NCBI GenBank assembly: GCA_020137815.1
Contig: CM035359.1
Span: 5,952,001-6,016,000 of the forward strand
Direction: 5' to 3'
DNA length: 64,000 nucleotides
Source of the DNA: Hormiphora californensis
Taxonomy: Eukaryota; Animalia; Ctenophora
The position numbers were made by a program, and so were the translations under genes. Below the pieces are notes generated by a model, which was given only the letters and a program-made list of their open reading frames with translations, did not search any database and had not been told where the DNA came from. Below are positions 23,968 through 36,125 of this stretch, piece by piece (within the stretch, counting starts at the first letter, position 1; every line of letters starts with the position of its first letter).

Positions 23968-26900
23968 CTAGATCATCCTCTCGATCACTCTGGGACTCAC
24001 TCCTCGCTTTGTGAGTACATCAGCGGGGTTAGACTTCGACTCCACCCAGTTGATGGATGCTTCTCCCTTTTCGACCTTCTCTTGAACTTCACGTAGCTCC
24101 AAGATGCTTCCCTTATCAGTTGGTACGGCTGAGACGGAGTTTGCCAAACTCACAACTTGTGCGGAGTCTGTGAAAAGTCTGATGGGAGGGTCAAAAGATA
24201 GTTCCTGGAGGAGGGCTTTAATCATAACTCCATATCCCAATCCTTCAGATACAGCATACAATTCTGCGGCAAAGACGCTCTTCACTACACGTTTTACCTT
24301 GCCACACGAGTAGGCGATCAAATTGAAATCAGAGCTGTCTCCCCAGAAAACTACAACTCCTGCTCCGCTCTTTCTGTCAGCTAGGTTGCCGAGACTGGCA
24401 TCAGTGTAAACAATTATCTCAGCTGTGGTAGGGTTAAAAGGGGAAAAGGTTATCGTTGAAGGAGAAAGGTTGGTCACAATCTTCTTCAGTTCTTTGAACT
24501 CTTTGCCGGTCCAGGGTGATTTCGTCGTAATGTCAAGGAGACTGAAACTGATCTGTGGCATACTTTGGGTAGCCAGCCAGTTCAACTTTCCGATCACCGT
24601 TCTCATATAGGATTGAAGATTCTCATCAACCTCTTCTTGATTCTGTGGTACCGGTTTAACAGCTTTCATCTTGTCCAGGATATCCTCTCTCACAAACTTA
24701 CAATACTGTTCCTGGGTTACACAAATATCAATTCCTTGCTGTTTCAACTGCCATCCCAGGTAGTTGAATTCAGTTGTTTCAACTCTTCCTATCTTGTAGT
24801 TGTCAAGAGCGGGTTTAACTTTCTTGTAGAAGTTGTGATCACCAGTAATAAGAATATCATCCACATGAATTACTAGTAATCCTTGTAGTTTCCCGTCATC
24901 TCCAGTGGTGAAAAATACATTCTTGTCAATTCTTGACATCTGGAGAGTGTTTTTCAAAGTTGCGGTGAGTGACATGTACCATCTTCTTCCCGCGTCACCA
25001 AGACCGTACAGTGGTTTATTTAGCTTCCACAGTACATCCTTCCTCTTGAGGTAAGCTGGGGGTTTGATGAACACATCTCTTGTCATCTTATCTGACTGCA
25101 GGTAGGCACTGGTTACATCAACACTTTTCAGGGTCCAGTTACTGGTAGTTGCCAAACTTAGCAAGATCCTCACTGCGTGTTTAGTAACAGTCGGTGAGTT
25201 AGTCGGGTCCTCGAGTTTTTCCTCAAATCCTCGGGCCACCAGCCTGGCTTTCACTGTGCCATCATCTTTCCGTGTCATCACCCATCTGGTGGTGACTGGT
25301 TGTTGTCCTGTATCGGGTACTTCCTCGAAAACATTGAATTCACGGAGTTTGTCAATCTCCCTATTTCGTGCTGTCTGCACTTCTTCCTTGCCCAGTTTAG
25401 ATGCGGCAAGAAGAATGATCTCCTCAGCATCAGAATCGGGATCTGAGTCCTCTGTGTCTTGATCTGGGGTCTTTGCTGCAGCCTCTGCGGGCTCTGCAAC
25501 ATCCTCTTTTGGCGTTGACGTGTCCTCATTGGAGTCAGTCTTTTCCTCATTGGGTCTGGCGCTGTCCTCTGTGGGATCTGGCTCTATGTCTCTCTGACCA
25601 GGTGTATCCTCAGTATCCGGGCTGGTTTCACTTTCAGGAACTCTCACAACAACAGGTCCACTTGTTGTGGCCTCATCCTCCTGCTGGTCCTCGGTTGGGA
25701 CGGCTATCTCTGCATAAGTAGGTTCTCTGGGAACTTCTTCAATGTTACTCTCACTGTGTCCATCTTGTGGAGTGTCCTCTTCGGGATCTGTTTCACTAGG
25801 GATGAGTAATTCATCTGCAGGATGCTCTGGTGGGGGGGTTTGTCGTCGGTTGTGCCGGAGATTGTATTTTCTGGTCGGTTCACGGACTGTCTTCTTTGGA
25901 CGTCTGACTCTGCTAGCCTTCGGTGGCTGCAATTTAGATTTCTCTATCGGTTCCGGGACATCTTCATCAGTCGTCACTTCCGGTGCAGTCTGCATCTCGG
26001 GGACGTGTCTCTTGGAACTTGATTCCTCGTTTCGTTTGTACTCCTCTTTCCGTTGTTGGTCCTCTGGGGGTTCTTGTCTTTGTTGTACCAGTCTCACTTT
26101 GCATGGGTGTGCTCTTAGTAGTTGTCCGCCGTGTTTAATCAGTACTTGGTTCTCAGTCATTCCAACTACAGTTGCAGGTCCCAACCAGGTCTTGTGTTGC
26201 TCACGTTTATAATACACCTTATCTCCCTGGACGTAGGTGGTCTGATCCTGTGTTGGTCCTGAGCCTGCTAGAGCTCTCTTTAATCTGCTTGCATTCTCGA
26301 GCTGGATGAATTTCTCCCTGGCGGTCTTCATGGCTTTGATATTGTCTGAAATCACTTGGTCCTCACTCTTCTGGTCTCCATGGGCAGGTAAACAATCATC
26401 GTTCAGTACACTGGGGAAGGTAGGATTGCTCCCAAACACGAGTTGGTGTGGTGAGAATCCCATCTGGTTAGTCAACTGGTTCTTCGCATTCGAAGCCCAA
26501 GCACAAGCTACAGTTATACTGCACTTCGTGTCATCTTTGGTCTTCTCAACCATCTTTCCGAGAATACTGTTATGTCTCTCACAGATCCCATTGCACCAAG
26601 GACTTTCTGCTGGAGTAGACTTTAATTCGATTCCAAGTCTGCTCGCCATCTCAAGTAGGGTATCATTGATGAACTCGCCACCGTTGTCGCTGAGAATTCT
26701 CTGTGGACGTCCAAAAATGCTAATCCAGCTGGTGAAGAACTTCTGGGTAATCTCAGTTCCAGTTTTTGATTTCACGGGGACCATTACACTGTATCTGGTC
26801 AGTGTGTCAATGATGTGTAGTACCCAGCATGATTCTCCAGACTTGAACTTCAGCATCTTGAGATCCATAGCGAGACATTCGTTGAATGTTTTGCTGAGAG

Positions 26901-28287
26901 GTAGAGCTACTTTCCTCCGTGGTTTGGATGCACTGTGTTCGAGACAGTTTTCACATTCTTGTGTGACCCTGGTGAGTTCTTGACAAATCTCAGACTTTCG
27001 AGGGTGATCCGAGGATTTAACAATATCCTGGATCTTGGAGACTGAGCCATGAGCAAAGTATTTGTGGAGTTTCTTGGCAATTGCTGGAGGAGAGATCCCT
27101 GAACAAGAATTTGTTAACAAAGTAGTGGGTGAAAGCTTCTTATTAAGGTCAATTGTCACATGTCCAGTGTCAGTAAGATGTAATGTAGTTGTCTTACCCG
27201 AGACACGGAGTTGATCCCTCTCAAAGTCAATCACTGCACCCATCTGACTCAATAAGTGCCTGGATAGGAGAAGGGGAATGTTAATATCAAGAACATATAC
27301 CGCAAACTCAGTAAACTTCACACCGAAAATATCAGTTGGGATATAAGCAATCATAGTAGAGTTAACTCCTGATAAATCACCAAATGTAAATCTTCTCTGT
27401 TCACATGATTCTCTTCTCACTCGAATACACGACTCTTTCTCAAAATTCTTTAACCAATCACTGCCACACACACTCTTAGCGGCGCCAGTATCCAGCAACG
27501 CACGGAGTCCCACTTGCTCAGATAATGACAAGACATAGTCCGTTTCAACGCTCATCTTGTACACTCCTGTGGCATCGCCACTCTGACCTCGTCGACCCCC
27601 AGATCCACGCTGACCACGTCCTCCACCACGTTTACCCCGTACGGCACCACGCCGATTGTAACATTCAGATGCAATGTGACCAGTCTTCTTACAATTGTAA
27701 CAGACAACTAGAGTCAATGTTTCAGAGGTCTGATCGGTTTCAGCAGCTGAGGGTAGGGTCTCCCCATAGGCCCTCTTCATCTGTGTGATCATGCATTCCA
27801 GACTGATTTCAACACAGGTAGCTCTGAGGAGTCGTTTCTGTTCATCGGAGATGTTAGATTGTTCCAAAAGTCTGTAGGCTAACACTTGTGATCCATAGAG
27901 TTTGTGATGGTCATCGACTCCAGCCTGCTGTCGGAGCTCCCCAAGTCGGGTGGAAAACTCTGATATAAAATCTGACATGTTCTGATTAGCTGGTCTGATA
28001 AAGTTCTCAAAAGCTTCAATGGCGGAAAAGAGTGAAACAGTTTTGTCTCTGCCGAACACTTTCTCGATGGCATCGAGGAGGATTTTAACACCGTTCTCAG
28101 ACTTGAGCTGCTCGGTGGGTACGCCTAGGGCTACTTCCTTAGCACGTCCCTTCATTTGGAGAGCTAACCGGGCCGCCTGTTTCTCCTTGGGGCAGCCAGT
28201 ACCTAACAGCCAGATGTCGACCTCACGGCGATAAGTCTCAAAGTTCGTTTTGTTATCAAAGACCGGGGCATGAATGTCGGATGGCAT
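23968..28287 (-). CDS. Copia gag-pol polyprotein (1439 aa from the first ATG)
   Basis: CCHC knuckle CYNCKKTGHIASEC; protease LLDTGA; integrase H-x4-H...CxxC, DLK, SDNGGEF, NGICER; RT KARLVARGFEE, LNKPLYGLGDA, HVDD; RNase H YTDAS, FTDS, NPADVLTK. INT precedes RT. Confidence 0.96.
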   Translation of the reverse strand: MPSDIHAPVFDNKTNFETYRREVDIWLLGTGCPKEKQAARLALQMKGRAKEVALGVPTEQLKSENGVKILLDAIEKVFGRDKTVSLFSAIEAFENFIRPANQNMSDFISEFSTRLGELRQQAGVDDHHKLYGSQVLAYRLLEQSNISDEQKRLLRATCVEISLECMITQMKRAYGETLPSAAETDQTSETLTLVVCYNCKKTGHIASECYNRRGAVRGKRGGGRGQRGSGGRRGQSGDATGVYKMSVETDYVLSLSEQVGLRALLDTGAAKSVCGSDWLKNFEKESCIRVRRESCEQRRFTFGDLSGVNSTMIAYIPTDIFGVKFTEFAVYVLDINIPLLLSRHLLSQMGAVIDFERDQLRVSGKTTTLHLTDTGHVTIDLNKKLSPTTLLTNSCSGISPPAIAKKLHKYFAHGSVSKIQDIVKSSDHPRKSEICQELTRVTQECENCLEHSASKPRRKVALPLSKTFNECLAMDLKMLKFKSGESCWVLHIIDTLTRYSVMVPVKSKTGTEITQKFFTSWISIFGRPQRILSDNGGEFINDTLLEMASRLGIELKSTPAESPWCNGICERHNSILGKMVEKTKDDTKCSITVACAWASNAKNQLTNQMGFSPHQLVFGSNPTFPSVLNDDCLPAHGDQKSEDQVISDNIKAMKTAREKFIQLENASRLKRALAGSGPTQDQTTYVQGDKVYYKREQHKTWLGPATVVGMTENQVLIKHGGQLLRAHPCKVRLVQQRQEPPEDQQRKEEYKRNEESSSKRHVPEMQTAPEVTTDEDVPEPIEKSKLQPPKASRVRRPKKTVREPTRKYNLRHNRRQTPPPEHPADELLIPSETDPEEDTPQDGHSESNIEEVPREPTYAEIAVPTEDQQEDEATTSGPVVVRVPESETSPDTEDTPGQRDIEPDPTEDSARPNEEKTDSNEDTSTPKEDVAEPAEAAAKTPDQDTEDSDPDSDAEEIILLAASKLGKEEVQTARNREIDKLREFNVFEEVPDTGQQPVTTRWVMTRKDDGTVKARLVARGFEEKLEDPTNSPTVTKHAVRILLSLATTSNWTLKSVDVTSAYLQSDKMTRDVFIKPPAYLKRKDVLWKLNKPLYGLGDAGRRWYMSLTATLKNTLQMSRIDKNVFFTTGDDGKLQGLLVIHVDDILITGDHNFYKKVKPALDNYKIGRVETTEFNYLGWQLKQQGIDICVTQEQYCKFVREDILDKMKAVKPVPQNQEEVDENLQSYMRTVIGKLNWLATQSMPQISFSLLDITTKSPWTGKEFKELKKIVTNLSPSTITFSPFNPTTAEIIVYTDASLGNLADRKSGAGVVVFWGDSSDFNLIAYSCGKVKRVVKSVFAAELYAVSEGLGYGVMIKALLQELSFDPPIRLFTDSAQVVSLANSVSAVPTDKGSILELREVQEKVEKGEASINWVESKSNPADVLTKRGVSPRVIERMI

Positions 28288-28300
28288 GATGTCGTCAGCT

Positions 28301-28312
28301 TCACTGCTACCA
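28301..28312 (-). promoter_or_regulatory. Primer binding site, initiator tRNA-Met-like
   Basis: TGGTAGCAGTGA 1 nt inside the 5' LTR boundary. The first 9 nt match the complement of the animal tRNA-iMet 3' end. Confidence 0.75.
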
Positions 28313-28313
28313 C

Positions 28314-28661
28314 TGTCAATATGATGTTGGGAAGGTGGAGGGTTCACAGTTGGAAGGTGTAAGGAAGGTGGACGAATGGAAACACGGTAGATAACGGGTG
28401 GTTAACAAAATAGACGGATCAGGTAGTACAACGTTAAGGTAGTTCGATATTGGGAATCTGACAAAGTGCTTGTCAACTTAAAACTCATTCGATCTTCACA
28501 AGAAGCACGTGCGCGCACTTGAAAGGTGCATTTCAAGTGCGTGCACAAAAGTGTCACATACTAATGATCAGTTCGCGCGTTACGTCCGGTAGGCGGTAAC
28601 AACTGCGACAGTGTGTCCCACAGAACAATACACTCAATCTCATGACACACAGCTCATGACA
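28314..28661 (-). repeat. 5' LTR
   Basis: Direct repeat of 23332-23679. Confidence 0.95.
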
Positions 28662-29183
28662 GATTTGGCATAATTTTTGGGTGTACAAGTAATTGACTCA
28701 CAAATGTCTAACTAACCGTACAATTATTTTCTTCAATTCTATGCTAATATTAGCTCCTAATTAGGGGCAAACATAATTGATGTCAAAATCGCTAAAAATG
28801 TTCAAATCAAAATGGGTACCATAGATTTGACCGGGCTAATGACCGAATCAAGTTTGCTCCATAGAGTGGAAGGGTTTCGATCAAATAATTCGGGGCACCA
28901 TTTTTCAAACCCGATCAATTACTTTAATTGAGACTAATAGGGGTGGCTAATCTTACCCCACCATTTTTTGAGTTTTGGGGTAACTTTGGACGGGGTGCCA
29001 AAGTTACCCCACACTACAGGTTTTGAACTTTTGATGTCTGTAGAGTTGCCTTAGACCCTCTCTGAATTGTTTAGGGCCATAAAACCAAGATTCAGCCCAC
29101 TCCACGCCCATTTCCATCCATTTATTCGATAGGTTAGTGAAAAAACTAGGATTTGGAATATTTTATGGAGCTAAATCACAGAA

Positions 29184-29482
29184 ATCCGGCCTGAAACCCA
29201 TCAAACTTCAATAATTTGGGGTTCCTCATCCATCCTGTAGCTTGTTAGATGGTATTGGATCTCTAGGCGAGTGTTCTAGTTCTTGTAGACAATCTATGCA
29301 GGAGCACAGGTACCAAAACTCCTTTATTTAGCCAGTACCCATCTATAAGTATACCATTTCCTGTCTATCCAATTCAGCGAAAAGAACTAACACACTCGCC
29401 TAAAGGGCCAATACCATCTAACAAACTACTGGGTGGATGAGGGACCCCAGATTACTGAAGTTGGATGGGTTTCAGGCCGGAT
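29184..29482. repeat. ~100-bp imperfect inverted repeat inside the DNA element
   Basis: ATCCGGCCTGAAACCCATC... (29184-29284) versus ...GATGGGTTTCAGGCCGGAT (29382-29482). Confidence 0.75.
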
Positions 29483-31722
29483 GTGGCAACCTCTAAATCA
29501 AGTCCGATTGAGCTGAAATTTTATTTGGTGGCTAGTTTTATCATTCCTCACGCCCAAAAAAGTTGAGTCGACATCAACAAATATTATTTAAATCATGGGG
29601 TTTGGCTAACCCTATTGTTCTTTTTTAATTTATTGACCCATTTAAACCCCATTTAAACATTTCAGGTTCATTTATTTATCATTGCAAAATGTTCGGATTT
29701 ATGTTTGTTCCAATATTACTATCGTGGGGTAACTTTGGACGGGTGTCCAAAGTTACCCCACCCTACTTCCAAAGTTACCCCATGCCCTAAAACCCCACTT
29801 ACACTAAAATACACGTTAATTAATGTAATTAAATGAGAGGGGACCAAAAATTTCACTAGTTATATCTGGTGTACTAGGTCTGGAACGGGATTATTTGGTT
29901 CAAAAATATTCGAGTGTGGCTCTGGCAAGGAGTTATTTTAGGAGAATGCTAAAAAGTGGTACAAAGTTACCCCAACTTACGGTATATGCAATGGTCATAC
30001 CATTGCACAAGATCAAGATTGTTTGGACGAAAAAAGACAGGCACACAAGCGCAAGACACGGACTGAAAAACTTCACCAGTCACACACTTACCTCCATATA
30101 CCACATACATCACGCCTTTTCACACGTTCACACCGCGGTACAGCCTTTTCACACGTTCACACCGTACAGCGCCTTATCACACTCGAATATCACGCGTTAT
30201 AGGTCACGCGTTATAGGTCACGCACTTTCCTCACACTTCACCCACTTATGCTCTCAATTCATTTTAACACCTAACAGCCATGCAGCAATTGTTCCTGAAA
30301 ATTGGCAATTGTTTAGCGATCGCATTACAGTTTGAGTGACACAACATCATATTGTTGTGCCACCCATCAAATAACCTGAAATAATAAGGCATATGCAATC
30401 ATATTTTTTAAACAATGAAGGATCGAAAACATGTCTCAAGTTAATTCATCAGTCAATTTCAATTGTATAATAATTATATGTTATCAAGCTACCTATTTCA
30501 ATAAAAACATGTAAAATCCGAACGTATTGGAAAGTAAATCACAATTAAGTCGTAATTAGCCGACTGGAGGGTTTGACCACACGACGTTAAAAATGTTAAT
30601 TTAACTGGACGGTGACCAGGTCGCGAGGAAATAATATAACAAATTACGTGGGTCAGACGACAGACATAGTACTGCTGTCCAGTGGGCCAAATTGTCAATT
30701 ATAATTATTTACAGCGGGTGTCCATAAAGTCATATGCTCTAGTTCTTCAGAGTTGGGGCTATAACTGCACAGCTAGCTGAAATTGAGACAAGGCAAGATA
30801 GCTGAAAGGCCGTTATAAATACATCTCGTTTATTTTGCCGCATTAATATGAATTAAAATTCTCAACTCACGTTGCGATTAGCCGCAAAGAAAAAGCTGCT
30901 AAAGTGATGTAATAGCTCTCAGCAGTAGACCTACACGAACCCCTGATAGGAGGTTGAATAGACAGTTCTGGAACATTCGTTCCTGCTTGTTTCTGGAGTT
31001 CTTCCAAAACCGGGTTATAGCCAGAGTTACCGTACATGATACCGACCAAATTGATGAAGGAGTAAAGCTGAACCAATTATTATACAGACGCAGTGATCCG
31101 ACTTAGTTGGCAGCTTGCCTCACAACGACAGATCTTTGACGAAGGTATCAGACTATGCTGAAAGGACCTCTCGTCCTAGGACTGTGCAACTTTTGGGAAA
31201 TAAAGAACTATATTGAGATCGATAGAGAGAGATGTAGAACGAGATAGAACTAGAATCTAGGGCAGGAGAGATCGTTAGAATGGTACATAAAAAAAGTGCA
31301 GGAGGACTGGAAACAAAGAGTTATAGGTATCAGCGGGGGGAGGGAGAGTATAGCTGCTGTTGTTGAAGATGAATGTTTGTGAGTGCAACAGGAAAAAAGA
31401 GAGTAAAAGACAAAATAATGGGGAGAGAAAAGAGAGAGCACAAATGCAATGCATCCTAAATTAGGCTGAGAAAAGCCTGTATCCCACGGGATTCCCGACT
31501 CTCTCCCCTTTTTCCAGGTCCTTGTATTTTAGGATGCTGAGCTTATCCACTAATTCAAGGGATTCAACTTGATAACCTATGACAGTAGTATGCAGAGGTT
31601 CTATATTAGCGTGACATCTCAGCTGCAGTCTGTAACATCGACAGAAAAAGATAAAATAGAGCGCTATTTTCCGCACATTCGCATCGGTCCGTGGGACGCG
31701 TGGGACAACGACTCTCTCTTTA

Positions 31723-31789
<67 letters not shown>

Positions 31790-31967
31790 TCAAGAGATAG
31801 AGTATAAAATTGAATTGTACATGGTGTCGGGTCAGTGGAACGGTGCTGCAACGGTGGACCTGCGTCCTGCAAATGAACCGAAATTTTTCTACAGTTTCAA
31901 TAGAATTAGGTCTAAAAATCAACTTTCAATATACAACAACTTTCAATATACAACAACTTTCAATATA

Positions 31968-32065
31968 CAGTCAAACCTCGATTTACCGGACTCTTTTAGG
32001 GGAACGACAATCGGGATGGCCGGTATCACTACAATATTGGGGGCCGGTAAATCGGGGTCCGACTG
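31968..32065. mobile_element. pogo/Tigger-like MITE
   Basis: CAGTCAAACCTCGATTTACCGG ... CCGGTAAATCGGGGTCCGACTG. Same family as 12135 and 22129. Confidence 0.65.
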
Positions 32066-34565
32066 AACAGTGGAATGATACTAATACCGGGTTAACGATG
32101 GTGTAAGCTTTGTAACAGGAATTTCTGACACACTTGATCTTTGAAAAGATACTGGTAAAATAGCTCAAGAGTTTTACGCTGGAGCTCGAATAGAAATCTA
32201 AGATATTTCTAGTTTTCAGACATATCATTATTTACAGACGATTGGAGGATCCGAGGATATTAGAAATGTTATAATGGTTCAAACTTCTTTGCCGCAGTTC
32301 TAAGTTGCGTCAAAGGAAGTGTCACTGTCAGAGCATTGGCGGAGGGCGCAAGCGGCGATAGTGCCGATGAAGAGAGAGAAAATATAAATATAGGTGACAG
32401 GAAAAGTTCCTGAAATTGAAAGATATTTTTTCTATCGGGTAGAACTATTTTGGGTGACTTATGAATCAAGTTATAAAAACAGAAAAATAAATACAAACAT
32501 CCATGGGGGTCCCCGCCCAAAACAGTAACTGCTGAAGCAAGAAACAAATACACTTTCTGGCGCCGCGGACACCATCCGAGAGTCAAATCGGGGTCTGGCT
32601 CCGCCAGACAGCAAATACACATCACCAGTTTCCGATATCATTACAAGAAAATATCAATTCTCAGAAGAATACTGCAGGTGCTAAAAGCTCCAAAAAACAT
32701 TGCCTGTTTTTAGGGCGTGTTTGTACACGCTGTGTACTACTGCAATAGGAACATAGGTATAGGAACAGTTTATAGTGCTGTACTTTTTGCCTTGCTAAAT
32801 TTGCATGTATCCCTTCTTTTTCTCTTTTATTTTCTCTCTCTCCCCTTTTTCTTTCTCTCTCTCTCTCTGAGTCTGAAGTCATGTGTCAGTTGTATTATAC
32901 CACATCACCCTGAAAATTGGGTTATATTGTGTGAACCAGTACTGCATGTTCCGTATGATGTCATAATTTTATTTTTACTAGTTATTCTGTAATTGCAGCA
33001 TAATTTGGTCATGTATAGCTCCATGTTATATGACCAGTTTCCTAAGAATTTAAATTTTCAAGCGTCTTTTAATTTTAAGTTCCTTCCTACAAGTACATTT
33101 GTACCAAGAACCTAAACCATAATACCAGGAAGAATCTAAATACTACGGCTCCGTTGTGTTCATTATTCGCATCAAAAACATACAAATGAAATAATGAGAT
33201 TGGCTCTTTCAAGGATTAGATGACATAATCCGAATGAAATCTAAAGTCGGAATTACCATACACACAACTATAATAAAATGAACTAATACTCCAGTAAAAT
33301 AGGCAAGAAATTACGGAGACAAATTTGCAGTTTGTTAGATATAGGTAATCGGAGAGAGAGAAAGAGAGAGAAAAGAGAGATAGAGAGCGATATAGAAAAG
33401 GAGAGATAACGAGAGATATAGAATGAGTCAAAAGGAGAGAATGAAAGCGGCAGAGACAGAGATAAACAGAGAGAAATAAATGAAAAAAGGAATATATTAT
33501 ATATGTAGAATGAGCCTGTAAACATGTTTAACTTTTAAACAATGATCACTCTTATTTGTGGGCTATTATAGAACCGCGAAAACGGTTCTTCTCCGTTAGA
33601 CATGAACCGGAAGTGACCAATATTAAGTAAAACGTTATTCCGTTATATGTTATTCATATGTTTTTCATGTGTACATACATGTGGGGCAGCTGGACATTGC
33701 GGTGTAAAGACCAGCCATAGAACTGGACCTCTTTCAATGCTATAACTCCCCTCGCCTTGGCAACAGTACATTTTTATGCTGGCTATAATAGTGGAAGCAC
33801 AAGCGTGAGCTCCGTAAAACAGTCTTAGTCCAAGTCAGGGTTGCAAGAAACATTTGTAAACATGACGGTAAAAAATAATTCATTTGAAGACGCATGTCCG
33901 GCTTCCGCGTGCGCCTTCCTGTTTGCAATTCATAATGTTCATCTTTCATTATGTCTTCGTCATTACAAAAGCGCTAATCAGTTGTTGGCATTGATTAATG
34001 ATTACTGGCTATTAGATGAGATCACATAGACTTGAAACAAAGCCTAATTGGGGAGCCTGTCCTGTCTTGTTGTTTGTGCCTCCCACTTCCAAACCCACAG
34101 CTGCTTTACGGTCCAGCGTGACCAGATCATCAACCCGTAGGTGAGATCGAGATTCATAGATATGTCTCCCAGATCGGTCAGCTTTCGTTTCCTGAGGTCA
34201 CGACACAAGGTGTCGTTTCCCCGGATTCGGAGCTTCCTTCTCCATGACCTCTGGATCATAAAACATGTTGCTGTAGTTTTGCACCCGTACTTTTACTGTC
34301 CTGTCTCACGTTTCACAATCTCATTACATGGGTGATGGGGTGTCACATGGCCAATAGCAGGGAATTACAGCACTATGGAGACATAGTGCAAATATTCTTG
34401 TTATCGTCTTCGTGTACAAGTTACACAGGTGTCAGTTCGTCTCAGAGCCTCCCGGCCCCTTCCCTGGAAACTATCCCTGGGGGAAGACAAATACGGGTCG
34501 GGGATTCATATAATTGATCATATCTCCGGTTCCTGATAAGCCTTGTAACCTGTTTGTCATGTAGG

Positions 34566-35197
34566 TGACTTACTTACTTGACTTAAGGCGGCCGGAGAGG
34601 CCGAGTGTTGATGAACGATCTCCACATATCCCGGTTTATCATTAACTCCAGTGCCTCCTCACGGTTATCACAGTGTGTGTGATAATATCACACACCCCTT
34701 CCAGATCTTGAAGAAGGATATCCGGGTATGTTAGAACAGGTCGACCGCGACGGGAATGACCGTGAGCCGATTTCCACATCAAAAGTTCGTGCCCTAGCAG
34801 GTCGTCATGCCTAGCTAGGTGTCCCGCCAGTTTCAATCTTTGAGTTCTCAGAACTGTTCTGATCTTTTCCGTAACCCGAGGAATTTCCTGGAAGACCTCC
34901 GCGTTTGTAACTTTATCCGTACGCTTGATGTTGAGCGCAGCCCTCAACATCCTCGAATAAGTCACTTATATAGATTGATGGGTGTTATTCACTTATTAAG
35001 TGAATAACACCCATCAATCTTCTTTCCCAGGCTTTTGGTTATAGTCCAAGTTTCAGATCCGTATAGGAGAATCGTTTCCACAGTGGATCTAAATAACCGC
35101 ACCTTCATTTTCCTTTTCATCTTCGACTTCCACACTCTGTTCATCTTGTTGAGGGCATTCCACGCTTTGGCCTTCCTAATCTCGAAATCCTTCACAC
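34566..35197 (-). mobile_element. 5'-truncated RTE-clade LINE
   Basis: KVRLFRSTVETILLYGSETWT, RMLRAALNI, RLKLAGHLAR, RRGRP and NRDMWR. (TAAG)n-type 3' tail. Confidence 0.92.
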
Positions 35198-35647
35198 TTC
35201 ATGCATGAAGTGTGAAGGATATCGTTTAATTTTTTTGGCAGCACGCACCTACATGATCATGTAGGTGCGTGCTGCCAAAAAAAATAAACGAGTTTTTCCA
35301 AACGGCTATAGCCATGCCACGACAGCCGAGAAAAATCAGGTGCGGAGCCCCCACAACGGGGACCAAGGCGGAGCCCTGGCGGGGTGTAGGGGCAGAGCCC
35401 CCGCGAGCATGGCCAGGGACTGCAAGTCCCGGTGGGGGGAGGGGGGAGGCCTGAGGCCTCAAAAATTTTTTGTAACCAGCCTGAGCGTGAGATTGAGAAC
35501 TGGACGAATGGTTGGCGAACACTACTGCACTGACTGGCTGAATAAGGCTGAATAAGGCAGGGATTGAAGGATGGTTTTTTTGTTGTTGAAAATTCACTAA
35601 CCCCAACACCGATTGGCATCACTTTCCGACAGCCGAAGGATGGTTAA

Positions 35648-35796
35648 AGTCGGATTTTTTGAAACTGTCACCCCCCTTTTCGTGCGCGGAATGTTTTTGC
35701 GCGTCACATCACATGTTAACGTGTGGTGTGCGCGTCAAAATTGATAAATTTCACATGCGCGGTCATTTTGGGGTGACAGTTTCAAAAAATCCGACT
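35648..35796. mobile_element. 149-bp TTAA-flanked MITE (Kolobok-like AG...CT termini)
   Basis: TTAA-AGTCGGATTTTTTGAAACTGTCACCCC ... GGGGTGACAGTTTCAAAAAATCCGACT-TTAA. Other copies at 39314 and 39898. Confidence 0.85.
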
Positions 35797-35869
35797 TTAA
35801 TACCAAATGGAAAACATAATAAATTAATTCATGGTCTTGATAATTCTTCTTATCCTCTTCTTATCCTCT

Positions 35870-36125
35870 TCACGTAACAAGCTCAGTGCAAGCTAGGTTG
35901 GCGATGGTGATCTTCCTCCGATTTCCTCTCAAGGCTATGAGGCATGTCCTCAGTAGTGAGAACCGCAACCTCGTTCTGAGGTGAGCCATGACCTCAGCGT
36001 ATGGTTCTCCTGTTCTTGTTGAGATTCGGGATGAGAGTGTCTTCAAGACTTTGTGAAACTCATTAGCTATCCCACCCGCTGTGTTCATGACCAATGGAGA
36101 AAATGTCCCTCCTTCAACTTCTCGA
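35870..36125 (-). mobile_element. 3' fragment of an RLE-type (CRE/NeSL-like) non-LTR retrotransposon
   Basis: EVEGGTFSPLVMNTAGGIANEF...YAEVMAHLRTRLRFSLLRTCLIALRGNR resembles the FxPLVxxxxGG...LxFxLLR...LRGxR C-terminus of these elements. Confidence 0.75.

Larger units (their letters stand above)
23332..28661 (-). mobile_element. Full-length Ty1/Copia LTR retrotransposon, GalEa-like
   Basis: Two 348-bp TG...CA LTRs, 5-bp TSD GATTT (23327-23331; 28662-28666), PBS, PPT and a single intact gag-PR-INT-RT-RH ORF. Confidence 0.96.
23238..29982. mobile_element. TA-flanked pogo/Tc1-like non-autonomous DNA transposon (~1.4 kb) split by the LTR retrotransposon
   Basis: TIR CCGTAATCTGGGGTAACTTTG / CAAAGTTACCCCAACTTACGG with TA on both sides. 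Many internal GGGGTAACTTTGGAC copies in both orientations. Confidence 0.8.

Noticed and set aside
24104-28234. Plus-strand ORFs up to 225 aa within the Copia element
   Set aside because: They are antisense shadows of the gag-pol frame with no independent motifs.
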